Source of the DNA: Thermoplasmata archaeon | Lineage (GTDB): Archaea; Thermoplasmatota; Thermoplasmata; Lutacidiplasmatales; UBA184 | Assembly (NCBI GenBank): GCA_049584655.1 | Contig: JBAUYF010000007.1 | Span: 27,288-91,287, forward strand | Direction: 5' to 3' | Length of the DNA stretch: 64,000 nt | Part shown: positions 9,775 to 19,382 of the stretch, one piece after another | Layout: every line of letters starts with the position of its first letter | Numbering within the stretch: position 1 is the stretch's first letter | The notes under the pieces: model-generated | What the model was told of the DNA's origin: nothing | What the model saw: only the letters and a program-made list of their open reading frames with translations | The model's database searches: none | Made by a program: the position numbers and the translations under genes

Positions 9775-10185
9775 CTAGCGGAAGTGGCGCGAAACCGCGA
9801 TCAGGTAAATCGCCAGGATCAACGCCACGATGAATCCGAATGTGATGAACGCTCCGGCCAATCCGTAGGACACCATCTCAAAGATCAGGAAGATGAGCGT
9901 AAGGACCAGGGCCCATAGACGCAGATGCCAGAGACCCACCGCGAGGCCGAGAATAATCAGGCCCACGATGAGCACGATCAGCCCGCCAATGACCCCCGAG
10001 AACCCGAAATGCCCGAACAGGTTCCCTCCTCCGTACTTGACCCCAATCGAGGAACCCACGGCCAGGAAGAGGCCCAGCAGGAACACGACGAACCCATAGA
10101 TCCCGATCAACACGGCGAGGATTGCCACGCCCAAAGGTCGGGAGGGCCGGGTCTCGTAGACCGCCGTGGTGGGTTCTGCCGTCAT
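9775..10185 (-). CDS. Small hypothetical membrane protein
   Basis: 136 aa with 4 TM helices. Confidence 0.45.
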   Translation of the reverse strand: MTAEPTTAVYETRPSRPLGVAILAVLIGIYGFVVFLLGLFLAVGSSIGVKYGGGNLFGHFGFSGVIGGLIVLIVGLIILGLAVGLWHLRLWALVLTLIFLIFEMVSYGLAGAFITFGFIVALILAIYLIAVSRHFR

Positions 10186-10350
10186 TGAGTCTTAACCTCT
10201 CGAATCGTTGGGAACCCGAGGGGGCATATGAACCCTCGTTTTGGTGTATATTTCGAAAATCTTGCCGCCGAGCGGGTAATCCGGCCTTCTCTTAGGCGAT
10301 TATGTCAGAGGTTCGGCTTCCAAACCGTCTGTTCGGAGGGATTGTATAGG

Positions 10351-11670
10351 TTATACGTCATGGGCGCGCGACGGAGAGTCAGATCTGACTTTCTGGGCCT
10401 CCGCCGGGGTCGTGATACCTCCGGATGCGGCCGCGATCGCAGCGGAGGTAACATACGAAAGGACGAAAATGGTCGCCATCACCGTAACGATCCCGAGAAG
10501 CTCTACCCCCATCTGCTGAACGGCTGAAATCCCACCCCCGAAGAAGAGGCCATTTGGTAGGTTCGGGAACCCCGACCCTTGGGCGAAAGCATGCTGCGCG
10601 AACAGGGGAATCATGAGAATGCCGAACAGTCCACCGACCAAGTGACCCGGAATCAGGCCGACGGGGTCTGAAAACCATCGGACTCGTGAGACCAGGACCT
10701 CCGCGTAAACAAAGATCGGGCCGCACACCAATCCCAGTATCAGGGCGCTCGCGGGCGATACGAAGCCCGCAAGTGGGGTGATGACGATGAGCCCCATAAG
10801 AGTTCCATTGACGGCCCAGGGGAGGTCCGCTGAGCCGCCCCGGCGGAAGAACTGGACCGCCAATACAGATACCATCCCGGCGGCCGCTGCGATGAAGGTC
10901 GTCAGAACGACTACGATCGCTTCCGAATTGAACTGTAGGACGCTCCCCGGATTGAAGCCAAACCATCCAACCCAGAGAAGAAGGATCGATAGGGCGAGCC
11001 ACCCCGGACGGATAGACAATGGCGTTTGCGGGGAGGTAGTATAGCCTCGAGCTCTCTCTTCTCGCCAGACTTGGGCGAGGATGCCCAGGCCAGCGGCGCC
11101 GGCGGCCCCATGAACGACGAGGCCACCCGCAAAATCAACCATACCGATTTTGGCGAGCCATCCCGTCGGATTCCAGATCCAGGCCGCGGGGATCGTCCAA
11201 ATGATCCCAAAGTAGACCACCGAGTAGATCGCGAACGAGGTCAGCTTGACCTTACGCAACACGACGACGCCTACGAGCGCCAGAGTTACGGATGCGAATG
11301 CCGTTTCGAAGAGGAAGTAGGTCCCCATCGCCAGCCCGGTGCCGAAGTAGGCCGGCTGCATCGACCACCAAGGCGTATCGAAAGCGTTCGAGTAGTTCGG
11401 AGAGAATCCTCCCAGGAGGAGCCCGGGACTGTACACAGGGTTTCCGATGAGCCCCGACAGGGTGGGGGCGAACCCGAGGTTGAACCCCACGATCGCCATG
11501 ACGACGAGGGCGAGCCCGCTCATCAGCAGAGTTTTGAGCAGACTTCGGTCCAAGGATTCCCCTAGCTCACCGACCTCGAGGAAGCCGACCGCAAGGGTCA
11601 TGCAGAAGACCAGGAGCGCCGCGATGAGAACCCAGAGATTGTTGTCTAGGTAGGTCGGGTCGAATAACAT
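10351..11670 (-). CDS. amt: Ammonium transporter (Amt family)
   Basis: About 11 TM helices and Amt-family conserved blocks (DFAGG..VHG, GW.GFN.GS). The likely start is MLFDPTY. No glnK/PII gene is adjacent. Confidence 0.9.
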   Translation of the reverse strand: MLFDPTYLDNNLWVLIAALLVFCMTLAVGFLEVGELGESLDRSLLKTLLMSGLALVVMAIVGFNLGFAPTLSGLIGNPVYSPGLLLGGFSPNYSNAFDTPWWSMQPAYFGTGLAMGTYFLFETAFASVTLALVGVVVLRKVKLTSFAIYSVVYFGIIWTIPAAWIWNPTGWLAKIGMVDFAGGLVVHGAAGAAGLGILAQVWREERARGYTTSPQTPLSIRPGWLALSILLLWVGWFGFNPGSVLQFNSEAIVVVLTTFIAAAAGMVSVLAVQFFRRGGSADLPWAVNGTLMGLIVITPLAGFVSPASALILGLVCGPIFVYAEVLVSRVRWFSDPVGLIPGHLVGGLFGILMIPLFAQHAFAQGSGFPNLPNGLFFGGGISAVQQMGVELLGIVTVMATIFVLSYVTSAAIAAASGGITTPAEAQKVRSDSPSRAHDV

Positions 11671-11835
11671 CGTTGGATTCCTTGTTCTCGTCGGCTCGAA
11701 GACCGATCCGGGTCCAGACGCCCCGTGAAACACCGAATCGTCCCCTTTTTGAGCCCTCGCTTCGAGGCGAGGGGCCGCACTGCGGCTCTAAGGTTCCGGA
11801 CTGCGGAGCTCGCCGGGGAAAAATATCGGGCCGGC

Positions 11836-12429
11836 TCAGTCGGCCGATGCGTGGATCTGGGAACCCCAAGAGATGAGGGCGATTTCCGCGCCGATTCGCG
11901 GTGCGTCTACTTGCCGTATGCGTTGGAGGAGGTCTTTGCGCGCGGCGGGTGTGAGGACGGTGTCGAGCGTCCGATAGACCTCGTCCTCTCGTCCGTGGTC
12001 CTCCTCGATGCGATCGGCTTCCTTCCGAACCAGGTCGGCCATCTTGAGGGCGTCCGGGCCGGCGGGCGGTTTTCCTTCCTTCATCAACTGTCGGATCTGA
12101 CGCTCGAACTCCTCGGGCTTCCGCTGCTCCTTAGAGCAGCGTTCGAGAAACGCTTCCAGCTCCACTCGGCCGAGCTGGGCCAGCGCATCCTGCACCATGC
12201 GGTCGTTTACGAGGTGGGTTTCGATCAAGTAGCGATGATGTACGTCGAGCAAGCGCTCGATCCGCTTGAGGTCCATGCGCTTCGAGCGTTGAAGCACCTC
12301 GGCCGATTCTCGCAGACGGGCGGCCATCACATAGAGCAAGGTGTGCTGCCGATACATTTCGAGGATCAGGTCATCCTTTGAAAACCCCTCCGGCCCGCGG
12401 TGGGCTTGGGCGGAAGATGAGGCAGGCAC
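11836..12429 (-). CDS. Hypothetical protein, possibly hemerythrin-like (HHE) metal-binding fold
   Basis: 197 aa, all-helical. H/E pairs (HHRYLIETH, EEDHGREDE) are reminiscent of hemerythrin-like cation-binding domains. The assignment is tentative. Confidence 0.4.
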   Translation of the reverse strand: MPASSSAQAHRGPEGFSKDDLILEMYRQHTLLYVMAARLRESAEVLQRSKRMDLKRIERLLDVHHRYLIETHLVNDRMVQDALAQLGRVELEAFLERCSKEQRKPEEFERQIRQLMKEGKPPAGPDALKMADLVRKEADRIEEDHGREDEVYRTLDTVLTPAARKDLLQRIRQVDAPRIGAEIALISWGSQIHASAD

Positions 12430-12494
12430 GACCGCAATAGGAAATCTGGAGTATTTGGCAAAGAGCTTCGTCGGCGAGAGGCCGGGGTCTCGAC

Positions 12495-13421
12495 CTATAG
12501 CGTGAAATGCGACGTCCGCAGCGATTCGATCTGGTCCGAGATGATGGGCCGACCGAGCCGATCGCGAATTCGCCGACGCTGCCGACGCCGCTGCGCGCGT
12601 ACTGCGGCCGTCCAGGCGGCGACGTCAGGCGCGTCCCGTTCGGGTCGAATCCATTGGATCACCTGATCCAGGTCGTGGAGCTTCCCCAAGTCCCGCTGCA
12701 GTCGGACGAGCTGCTCCTGCGCGTCTACGGGACGAGATGTAGCGAGGGCTTCGCGGAAGAGCCGCATTTCGCGGAGCTCCTTGCGCAAGTCATGCAATCG
12801 AGGGGTCGATACGCGGGCGACGGCTCGGTCGAGCGATCGGGAGACCTCGTCCACGCGTCGGAGGAACTCGGCCTCTGTTTGCAGCATCCAGGACCGCGGG
12901 TCCGAGGCTTCGTGTGCTTCGCGGACCAGACCCCGCAACGCGGCGAACGTCTGATCGTCCGTCAGCGCTTGCGCGAACTTGGCCAGCTTGCGTCGACCGG
13001 CGCGAGCCTCCTTCCTAAGTCGCCCGCGCGCGTTCTGAATGCCCTCGGGGCCGATCGATCGCGAATTTCGAGGGGCTGACGGCAGAACCGAAAGACCGAC
13101 ATCCCGATCACGCACTTGCCCGCACAGTCGAGCAAACGTGTTCACCCGCGCCTGGACCTCCTTCGCGAGCTTTCGCGATTCCGGCGAAATTGAGGCACGC
13201 CAGGGGCGGAACAAGACTGACAGGCGACGCAGGTCCCGGTGCAACACGTGGAGCGGCTCCTCGCCAATGGTGGGACGGATGGCCAATGCCGCCACGCGGG
13301 ACTCGATCGACCCGACCAACGATTCGTACCGTTGGAAGGCGCGTTCTTGATCGTCCGCAGGAATCATGGGAGTTCGCCGACCCCTTTCCCTTTCATTTAA
13401 CTTGCTCTCGAGACTTCTCAA
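12495..13421 (-). CDS. CHAD-domain protein (conserved histidine alpha-helical domain)
   Basis: 308 aa, all-alpha, with repeated H..L..LR..R motifs (LHVLHRDLRRLSVLFRPW, LHDLRKELREMRLFREAL) typical of CHAD domains. Confidence 0.6.
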   Translation of the reverse strand: MRSLESKLNERERGRRTPMIPADDQERAFQRYESLVGSIESRVAALAIRPTIGEEPLHVLHRDLRRLSVLFRPWRASISPESRKLAKEVQARVNTFARLCGQVRDRDVGLSVLPSAPRNSRSIGPEGIQNARGRLRKEARAGRRKLAKFAQALTDDQTFAALRGLVREAHEASDPRSWMLQTEAEFLRRVDEVSRSLDRAVARVSTPRLHDLRKELREMRLFREALATSRPVDAQEQLVRLQRDLGKLHDLDQVIQWIRPERDAPDVAAWTAAVRAQRRRQRRRIRDRLGRPIISDQIESLRTSHFTL

Positions 13422-13797
13422 GGCGCAGAGCTGGTCAAATCGTGGTATAACCCCAGCAAGAGAGTTGCGGTAAACTTACCGGACCTCGACGATCGAATGG
13501 CGGATGAACCGAGACGCCGCGCCGTCGACCGATTCGACCAAATTCCTAGTAAAGGTCGCGCCAACTGACGGAAAATTAATCGTGTAGCTCACAGCGCTAC
13601 ATTTGAGGATTGATACTTGTCATGTTGTGCCGTGGCTCGGGGTTAATTGAGCCAATCCGGATTCCACTTTCCCAGTCAGCGTCTTCGCTAAATACCCCTT
13701 CGGAGCTGAACAATCGAGGCAAACCATGGACACGGAGGGAGACAATGCTGCAGATGCAGATAGCCCTGCAGAACGTAGCCATCCGGCGAGCCCATGC

Positions 13798-14056
13798 GGA
13801 CGCTCGCTTCCGCGGTCTTCAGGAGTACCATAACCTGGAGACCCCGCGCGAGGAGTCCTTGTGGCTCGTCGCGCAGGCACGAACCAACCGAACGACGGTG
13901 CCCGCACGGGAATCCGGCGAGTCCCGGTCACTCCGGACTCGGCTTGCGGAGTTCCTCCGCATCGGGGTCTGACACCGAACCTGCCCCTAGGGCACCGTCG
14001 AACCCTTTCCCCCGATTACACCGGGGGAACTACTGAAACCGGCTTAGGAGCGTCCT
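13798..14056 (+). ncRNA. Candidate structured ncRNA (RNase-P-RNA-like 3' motif); identity unresolved
   Basis: Lies within a 620-bp ORF-free gap. The 3' segment ACUGAAACCGGCUUAG resembles the P4 3'-strand consensus ACAGAA(A)CCCGGCUUA. The 8-nt segments GGACGCUC (13798-13805) and GAGCGUCC (~14049-14056) are exact complements and could form P1. Several stable hairpins lie in between. The S-domain conserved blocks were not convincingly found. Confidence 0.2.
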
Positions 14057-14520
14057 TTCGGAGTCCTCTTTCTCTTCAGACGGGCCTTGGCGGCTCGCTC
14101 CTTACGCTTCTCAGCGGCCGTGGGCCATCGGAAGAGCTCGATCCAATTTCCGTCGGGATCTTTGACGTCCGCCACCCATCCCTGGCTCACTTTGAGGTCG
14201 ACCTCAGTAGGACGCGCCCCGTGACCAAGAAGACGGTGATATTCCGCCTCCAATCGGGCGGCCGAAACACTTCCGAGGAGGAATCCAATGTGATCGAGTC
14301 CCTCCCCTGCAGCGTACGGGGCGGCGAATTTCGACTTGCTCGGGTACCAGTTGAGTTCCAGCCGTTGGTGCGACTTGGGATCCTCTAACAGTACCCAGAT
14401 TCCAGCGCCCCACTTTCTCAAGTCGCCTCGAGTCACCTCCCGCAGTCGAAGTCCTCTCGTGTAGAATCGGAGCGATCGCGCCAGGTTCGTCACTCGGATT
14501 CCGGTGTATCGCAGCGGCAT
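14044..14520 (-). CDS. VOC-family (glyoxalase-fold) protein, paralog of 645..1055
   Basis: 158 aa. Same motif set as the paralog (RFY, LELNWYP, LDHIGF, DPDGNWIE) plus a Lys/Arg-rich C-terminal tail. Confidence 0.8.
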   Translation of the reverse strand: MPLRYTGIRVTNLARSLRFYTRGLRLREVTRGDLRKWGAGIWVLLEDPKSHQRLELNWYPSKSKFAAPYAAGEGLDHIGFLLGSVSAARLEAEYHRLLGHGARPTEVDLKVSQGWVADVKDPDGNWIELFRWPTAAEKRKERAAKARLKRKRTPKGRS

Positions 14521-14808
14521 GGAGGCTCGAACGACTCGCTCAATTCAAGGTTTCCGCCTTAGGCCTGGCGCCCAAATTGGATTCACGAGAGATCCGTGGA
14601 GTTCGCCGGACGCCGCCTGGGAGATGTGTAGGGCATACAGTTCAATTCGCAAACTCCGGGGTGAGTGGGGAATCGAGCTTATGGGAGGTTTTGGCCCATC
14701 TCAGACGACTAGAACCGTTTCTTGTCAACCAGGTCTCCGGCAGCCTCGACATCGTCGCCATTGGAGAGCTAGGTCTATCTTGGTGAAAGTTTTTGATTTT
14801 GTGGGACG

Positions 14809-15144
14809 ATGGAGTTCCAAGCGACGCGCGCCCCGATCCCCGCGGAGGGGATTATCTGCCCCGGGTGTGGGGAGTCGATTCATCGGAAAACCGTCGCCTT
14901 TCAGTTGTCTGGCTTGCCTTTGATCCTCCGCTCCACAATGGGCGAGGCACGATACCACGGCATTGAGTGCCTTCGGGTCGACGCCCGCCGACGTTACCGT
15001 GCCCAGTTCGAGTTCAAGTCGAGCAATCGATTCGGCTGGCAGGCGCATGCGGCTACGAACGATGAGCGGCTCCTCACTCTGAAGCTGCTGTCCGAGTGGG
15101 CCGAGGCGCGCCGGACCGCTGAAACGAAGTTGCCCGCGCAATAA
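14809..15144 (+). CDS. Hypothetical small protein (possible CxxC zinc-binding N-terminus)
   Basis: 111 aa ORF with CPGCGESIH..C. Confidence 0.3.
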   Translation: MEFQATRAPIPAEGIICPGCGESIHRKTVAFQLSGLPLILRSTMGEARYHGIECLRVDARRRYRAQFEFKSSNRFGWQAHAATNDERLLTLKLLSEWAEARRTAETKLPAQ

Positions 15145-15267
15145 CGCCCTCCTCGGATTGTGAACGACCGCCCGCTCCATCGGAGTACGGTCCGCGAGAC
15201 ATCCGCCTAGACTCAAGTAACACTGCGGTCCCACCCCGAGGAGGCGGGGAGTTCACGTTCCAGCGCT

Positions 15268-16098
15268 ATGCCGTTTGTCGATGTCCATGGAGCACGTCTG
15301 TACTACGAGGTCCGGGGCGACGTAGGCGACCCGATCGTACTGGTCCATGGTTCCTGGGTCGACCACACGACCTGGAACCTAGTCGCCCCCCGGCTCTCGG
15401 AGTCATTTCAGTTATTGCTCTACGATCGACGGGGGCATAGTCAGAGCGGGCCTACCAGCGTGCGGGGCACGATCGTCGATGATGCGCTTGATCTTGCGGC
15501 TTTGCTCGAAAGTACCGGATTGTATCCCGCGCATGTGCTTGGTAGCTCCATGGGCGGTTCGGTCGTGCTGCGACTCGCGGAACGTCGGCCCGAATTATTC
15601 CGAAGTCTACTCGTCCACGAACCTCCCGTGTATGACCTCATCCGGAACGATCCGGGTTGGGCAGCCCAAATAGCCGCCCTTCGCGTGGATTTCGAACGAA
15701 TCGCCGACCAAATTCGCCGTGGTCAGATCGAAGAGGGGGCGCGGGATTTCTGGGAGACGTTCGGGGGCCCAGTCGGCAGCTGGGAGCGCCTCAGGCCGGA
15801 GCTCAAGTCGACTTTCACCGCGAACGCTCCGAGCTGGCTCGAAGAATTCGAGGATCCGGGTGCGACCAGCGCCGATCCGGTCGCGCTCAGCGAATTTCTC
15901 ATGCCCGCGTTACTAACGACGGGAGCGAACTCGGTCGCTTGGCAGCAGGAGATTTCGAACCGCTTGGCCGCGCTGTTTCCGAACGTGACCCGTCAAACAC
16001 TACCGAATACCGGTCACTTGCCGCACCTGACCAACCCCGACCTCTTTCTCGGGGTGGTTCAGGCGTTCTGTCTCGAGAGGACGGTTCCCGTCTCGTAA
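15268..16098 (+). CDS. Alpha/beta-fold hydrolase
   Basis: Oxyanion-hole HGSW motif, nucleophile elbow GSSMGG, and a C-terminal His in the NTGHLPHL context. Confidence 0.85.
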   Translation: MPFVDVHGARLYYEVRGDVGDPIVLVHGSWVDHTTWNLVAPRLSESFQLLLYDRRGHSQSGPTSVRGTIVDDALDLAALLESTGLYPAHVLGSSMGGSVVLRLAERRPELFRSLLVHEPPVYDLIRNDPGWAAQIAALRVDFERIADQIRRGQIEEGARDFWETFGGPVGSWERLRPELKSTFTANAPSWLEEFEDPGATSADPVALSEFLMPALLTTGANSVAWQQEISNRLAALFPNVTRQTLPNTGHLPHLTNPDLFLGVVQAFCLERTVPVS

Positions 16099-16131
16099 CA
16101 ACAACAGAACACGCGCGTCGATCGAGGGGGG

Positions 16132-16968
16132 CTAATTCCTGGATTCTGGCTTCGACATTCGAAACTCATCGAGCAGAGGCATGACTCCCTTGCCCAACCA
16201 CTGGCCTCCGTCGACGGCGAGTACTTGGCCGGTAATGTAACTCGCTTTGGGACTCACGAGAAAGCGGACCGCCTCGGCTACTTCATTGGGAGTTCCGAAA
16301 CGGCCCAAGGGGATTCCCGCTTCGACCGATCGAACCGTCGACTCCGAGGTCCAAAGTTGCTGGTCCGTTCCCGCCGTTCGAATCGGACCCGGCGCCACCG
16401 CATTGACCCGAATTCCGTATCGGGCCCACTCGACGGCTAATGTGCGCGTGAGCGCGAGAACTCCCGCCTTCGCGGCGGCCGAGTGAGCCGTCCCGGGTCC
16501 GGCCATCCAAGCATACGAAGCGACGATATTCACGATCGAGGCGCTAGGCGATGTTTTCAAGAGCGGAAATGCGGCCCGGGAGCACAGGAAGGTTCCGTCC
16601 AGCACGATCCCTACGACGGCCCGCCAGCCATTGGGCGTGATCGATTCTGCTGGGGCCACAAAATTTCCGGCGGCGTTGTTGATCAGTAGATCCAGACGGC
16701 CGTACTCCTGTTGGGTAGAGCGGACCATCGACTCCACTTGCTCGGCAATTCGGACGTCGGTCGGGACCTCGAGTACGCGCGCCCCCGCAGAGCGTAGCTG
16801 TCGCGCGCCGACATCAAGATGCTTCGCGGATCGGCTGGCAATGACGAGATCGTAGCCGTCCTGGATCAGCGAAGCGCCGATCGCCAACCCGAGTCCGGTA
16901 CCACCCCCGGTGATGACGGCAACGGGTCGATCTCGAAGTACGTCGGACTGAGGGGCCGGCGCTGGCAC
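16132..16968 (-). CDS. SDR-family oxidoreductase
   Basis: ITGGGTGLG Rossmann motif plus a YxxxK-type active-site region. 278 aa. Confidence 0.9.
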   Translation of the reverse strand: MPAPAPQSDVLRDRPVAVITGGGTGLGLAIGASLIQDGYDLVIASRSAKHLDVGARQLRSAGARVLEVPTDVRIAEQVESMVRSTQQEYGRLDLLINNAAGNFVAPAESITPNGWRAVVGIVLDGTFLCSRAAFPLLKTSPSASIVNIVASYAWMAGPGTAHSAAAKAGVLALTRTLAVEWARYGIRVNAVAPGPIRTAGTDQQLWTSESTVRSVEAGIPLGRFGTPNEVAEAVRFLVSPKASYITGQVLAVDGGQWLGKGVMPLLDEFRMSKPESRN

Positions 16969-17045
16969 TTCGGTCCGAGACCCGCGACGCCTAAAAACGC
17001 TCCTGCAACGTGCGCTCTAATCCCCCGAGCCAATCACCTAGTCCC

Positions 17046-17505
17046 GATGTCGTCCGAATCAGCCATCCCCAATCCCGATGCGCTCCGCCTGCGAGAGCGG
17101 CTAGACCTTGCCCTCGAGCGCATCTCGCACCTGCCGGCGTTCGACGGAGTCTACCTCGGTCCATGGTGGGAATTGCCCAGCCTATCTCATCAACTGGGGA
17201 TGGTCGGATGGAAGCGAGCGGTACTTCGACGTGTTGCCGGAGGAGGGGCGGAGCATTGGGGCCATTTGTTCCTGCTCTACTCAGCCGTTGGCCAAACCGC
17301 GGGGGTGGAACCGGAGTCCGATCCCCGAGTGCGATCGCCTCGATACGGCGCCGTACGGAAGGTCGGAGAAATCTCGAAGGTAGCGACGTTCCTGGTCCGA
17401 GCGAGTCACCCGGATGGTTCTCCCTTGCTCGATCTGTTTGCGGAACAGTCGCTGGAGCTTCTGCAGGGCGAAGGGAATTCCTCAACGGTCAGCGAGGTCG
17501 AATGA
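17046..17505 (+). CDS. Hypothetical protein
   Basis: Internal Met start of ORF 16819..17505. It avoids antisense overlap with the SDR gene. No recognisable motifs. Confidence 0.3.
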
Positions 17506-17512
17506 GGAGGAC

Positions 17513-17875
17513 CTAGCGTGTCCCCTTCCCACTTTGCTCCGGGTTGACCGGGCCGGCAAACAACGCGCGAAGGGCCTCCACGTCCTCCGAGCGCAGTCCG
17601 CTCCCCAACACGCCGTCCCACCTACGAATCGGCTCCCCGTTTCGGAAAGCGACCATCGTCGGAACCACATCGATCGAAAAAAGCTCCCAGAGCGGCGAGT
17701 CCGTATCGGTCAAATCGCCGATAGCCGATTGGAAATCCTGTGAGTGTTCGAGAGCCGCGAAAGGCCTCAAAAACGCTCGACAGAACGGACACCAATCCGC
17801 TGAGAAGCAAACTCCCCAACTGCCCTCCCGTCGAAGGCGCTGGCCGTCAAAGTCCGCCGCGCTCAGTCGTTCCAC
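17513..17875 (-). CDS. Thioredoxin-like protein
   Basis: 120 aa with a WCPFC active-site motif in a thioredoxin-fold context. Confidence 0.7.
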   Translation of the reverse strand: MERLSAADFDGQRLRREGSWGVCFSADWCPFCRAFLRPFAALEHSQDFQSAIGDLTDTDSPLWELFSIDVVPTMVAFRNGEPIRRWDGVLGSGLRSEDVEALRALFAGPVNPEQSGKGTR

Positions 17876-18005
17876 AGCGAGTTATCGCGAACGTCTCCAT
17901 AAGCTCGACCTGGACGCGGGACGACGACGCTCGCAGCCCTGGCCGATGTGGAAGCCACAGGGGAGCGGAGCGGGGGCTCGAGAATCAGCAGGTACTTGAG
18001 CCTCT

Positions 18006-19094
18006 TTGAATTGCATCCCACCGAGGGAATCCGAGATGACTTGGCCCGTTCCGATCGAGCGTAAGACCGAGCGAATGTTTCCGCGTCCGTTATCGGGGCG
18101 GATCGAACGTCATCCCTTTCCCAGCCGAGTCTTGCAAGACAACCCGCTTGGGGATCCGGCAGATCGCGAACTTCCGGTCTATATCCCTCCGTCCGGAAAG
18201 ACCGAGGGCCGTCCGCTTCTGGTCCTTCTCTCCGGTTACACAGGGGCGGGATGGATGCATTTCGAACGGTCCCGATGGTTAAACGAGACGCGTGTCGTCC
18301 TTTTAGACCGCTTGATCCGCGCCGGCCGGTTGGCGGAATCGGTCTTGGTCGCCCCGGACTGTTTGACGACACTCGGAGGCAGTCAGTATCTGAATTCGAC
18401 GGCGACCGGACAATACGAGGATTACCTCGTCCAAGAGATCCTTCCGTGGGTCCGCGAAAAATATCACACCGGACCAATGGGCGTCCTCGGAACTTCCAGC
18501 GGAGGATACGGCGCCTTGGTGATGGGCCTTCGCCACCCCGACCTATTTCCTGCCGTGGCGTCGAATGCCGGAGATTGCTACTTCGAGTACGGTTACTTGC
18601 CCGAGTTTCCCATTGACGCGCGCGAGATCCGACGGTCGGGGGGACCGGATAAGTTCCTCGCCCGAATCTTTGAACAACCCATCAGTGACTTCGGACCAAG
18701 AAACCCACTCGCAATCACGCTCGAGCAGGTGGCCTACGCTTCCTGCTACTCGCCGGTCGAGGCTGAGCCGGGGCGTTTCGACCTTCCGTTTGATCTCGAC
18801 TCGGGGGAGCTCGACCTTCCGGTTTGGGCGCGATGGCTGGCCTGGGATCCGGCCCGGATGATCGAGACGGATCGGTACCGAGAGGCGCTGCGCAAGTTAC
18901 GCTACGTGTACGTAGACGGCGGTACGCGAGACTAGTATTTTCTCGATCTCGGGGCCCGGGTATTCGCAGCGCGGGCGAAACGGCAGGGAGTCACCGTCGA
19001 CCATCAAGAGTTCGACGGCGTGCACGGCGATGGCGGTCGGCGTTACGAAGCGATGTACACGGGCGTCCTCCGCGCTTTGGGCTTCCCGTCTTGA
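18006..19094 (+). pseudogene. Esterase-family (PF00756-like, S-formylglutathione hydrolase/enterochelin esterase type) gene interrupted by an in-frame TAG at 18933-18935
   Basis: The N-terminal 309 codons have the LLSGYTGAG and GTSSGGYGAL nucleophile-elbow motifs. The same frame continues after the TAG for 51 more codons (YFLDLGARVFAARAKRQGVTVDHQEFDGVHGDGG..) and contains a candidate catalytic His before a TGA. TAG is used as a true stop elsewhere in this window, e.g. the gene ending at 1055. Confidence 0.6.
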
Positions 19095-19214
19095 AACTCC
19101 GATCTCTCAAACCGACGCAAGACCTAAGAGCCCGAGAATCGACCGTAGGGGCGTAATGCCGTCCGATCACGGAGGTTCGACGACTTTGCCCGGCGCCGAG
19201 GGGAGGGAACGGCG

Positions 19215-19367
19215 ATGATTCAGGACGGCAAGATCGTCTGTGATGAGTGTAAGTCGGTAATCACGCGCGTCACCGTCCTGCCCCCGGAAGGATGGCCCAA
19301 ACTCCACTCTTTGTGCTCGAAATGCTATGCCGCGGCACGCGACCGCGCCGAGCCACGGCTCACGTAA
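19215..19367 (+). CDS. Small zinc-ribbon protein (50 aa)
   Basis: Sequence MIQDGKIVCDECKSVITRVTVLPPEGWPKLHSLCSKCYAAARDRAEPRLT with CxxC..x19..CxxC. A strong GGGAGG ribosome-binding site lies 8 nt upstream of the ATG. Not in the supplied ORF track because it is under 60 aa. Confidence 0.5.
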   Translation: MIQDGKIVCDECKSVITRVTVLPPEGWPKLHSLCSKCYAAARDRAEPRLT

Positions 19368-19382
19368 GCCGTCGCCCTGCGA

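Noticed and set aside
13422-14043. SRP (7S) RNA as the identity of the structured intergenic region
   Set aside because: The invariant helix-8 motif (AGCAGCC / GGAA tetraloop context) is absent on both strands. The RNase-P-like reading is retained only as a tentative alternative.
18933-18935. Pyrrolysine (UAG recoding) explanation for the in-frame TAG in the esterase
   Set aside because: TAG functions as a genuine stop for at least one well-defined gene in the window (ending at 1055). Esterases are not known Pyl proteins, and no pyl genes or PYLIS-like context are seen here.
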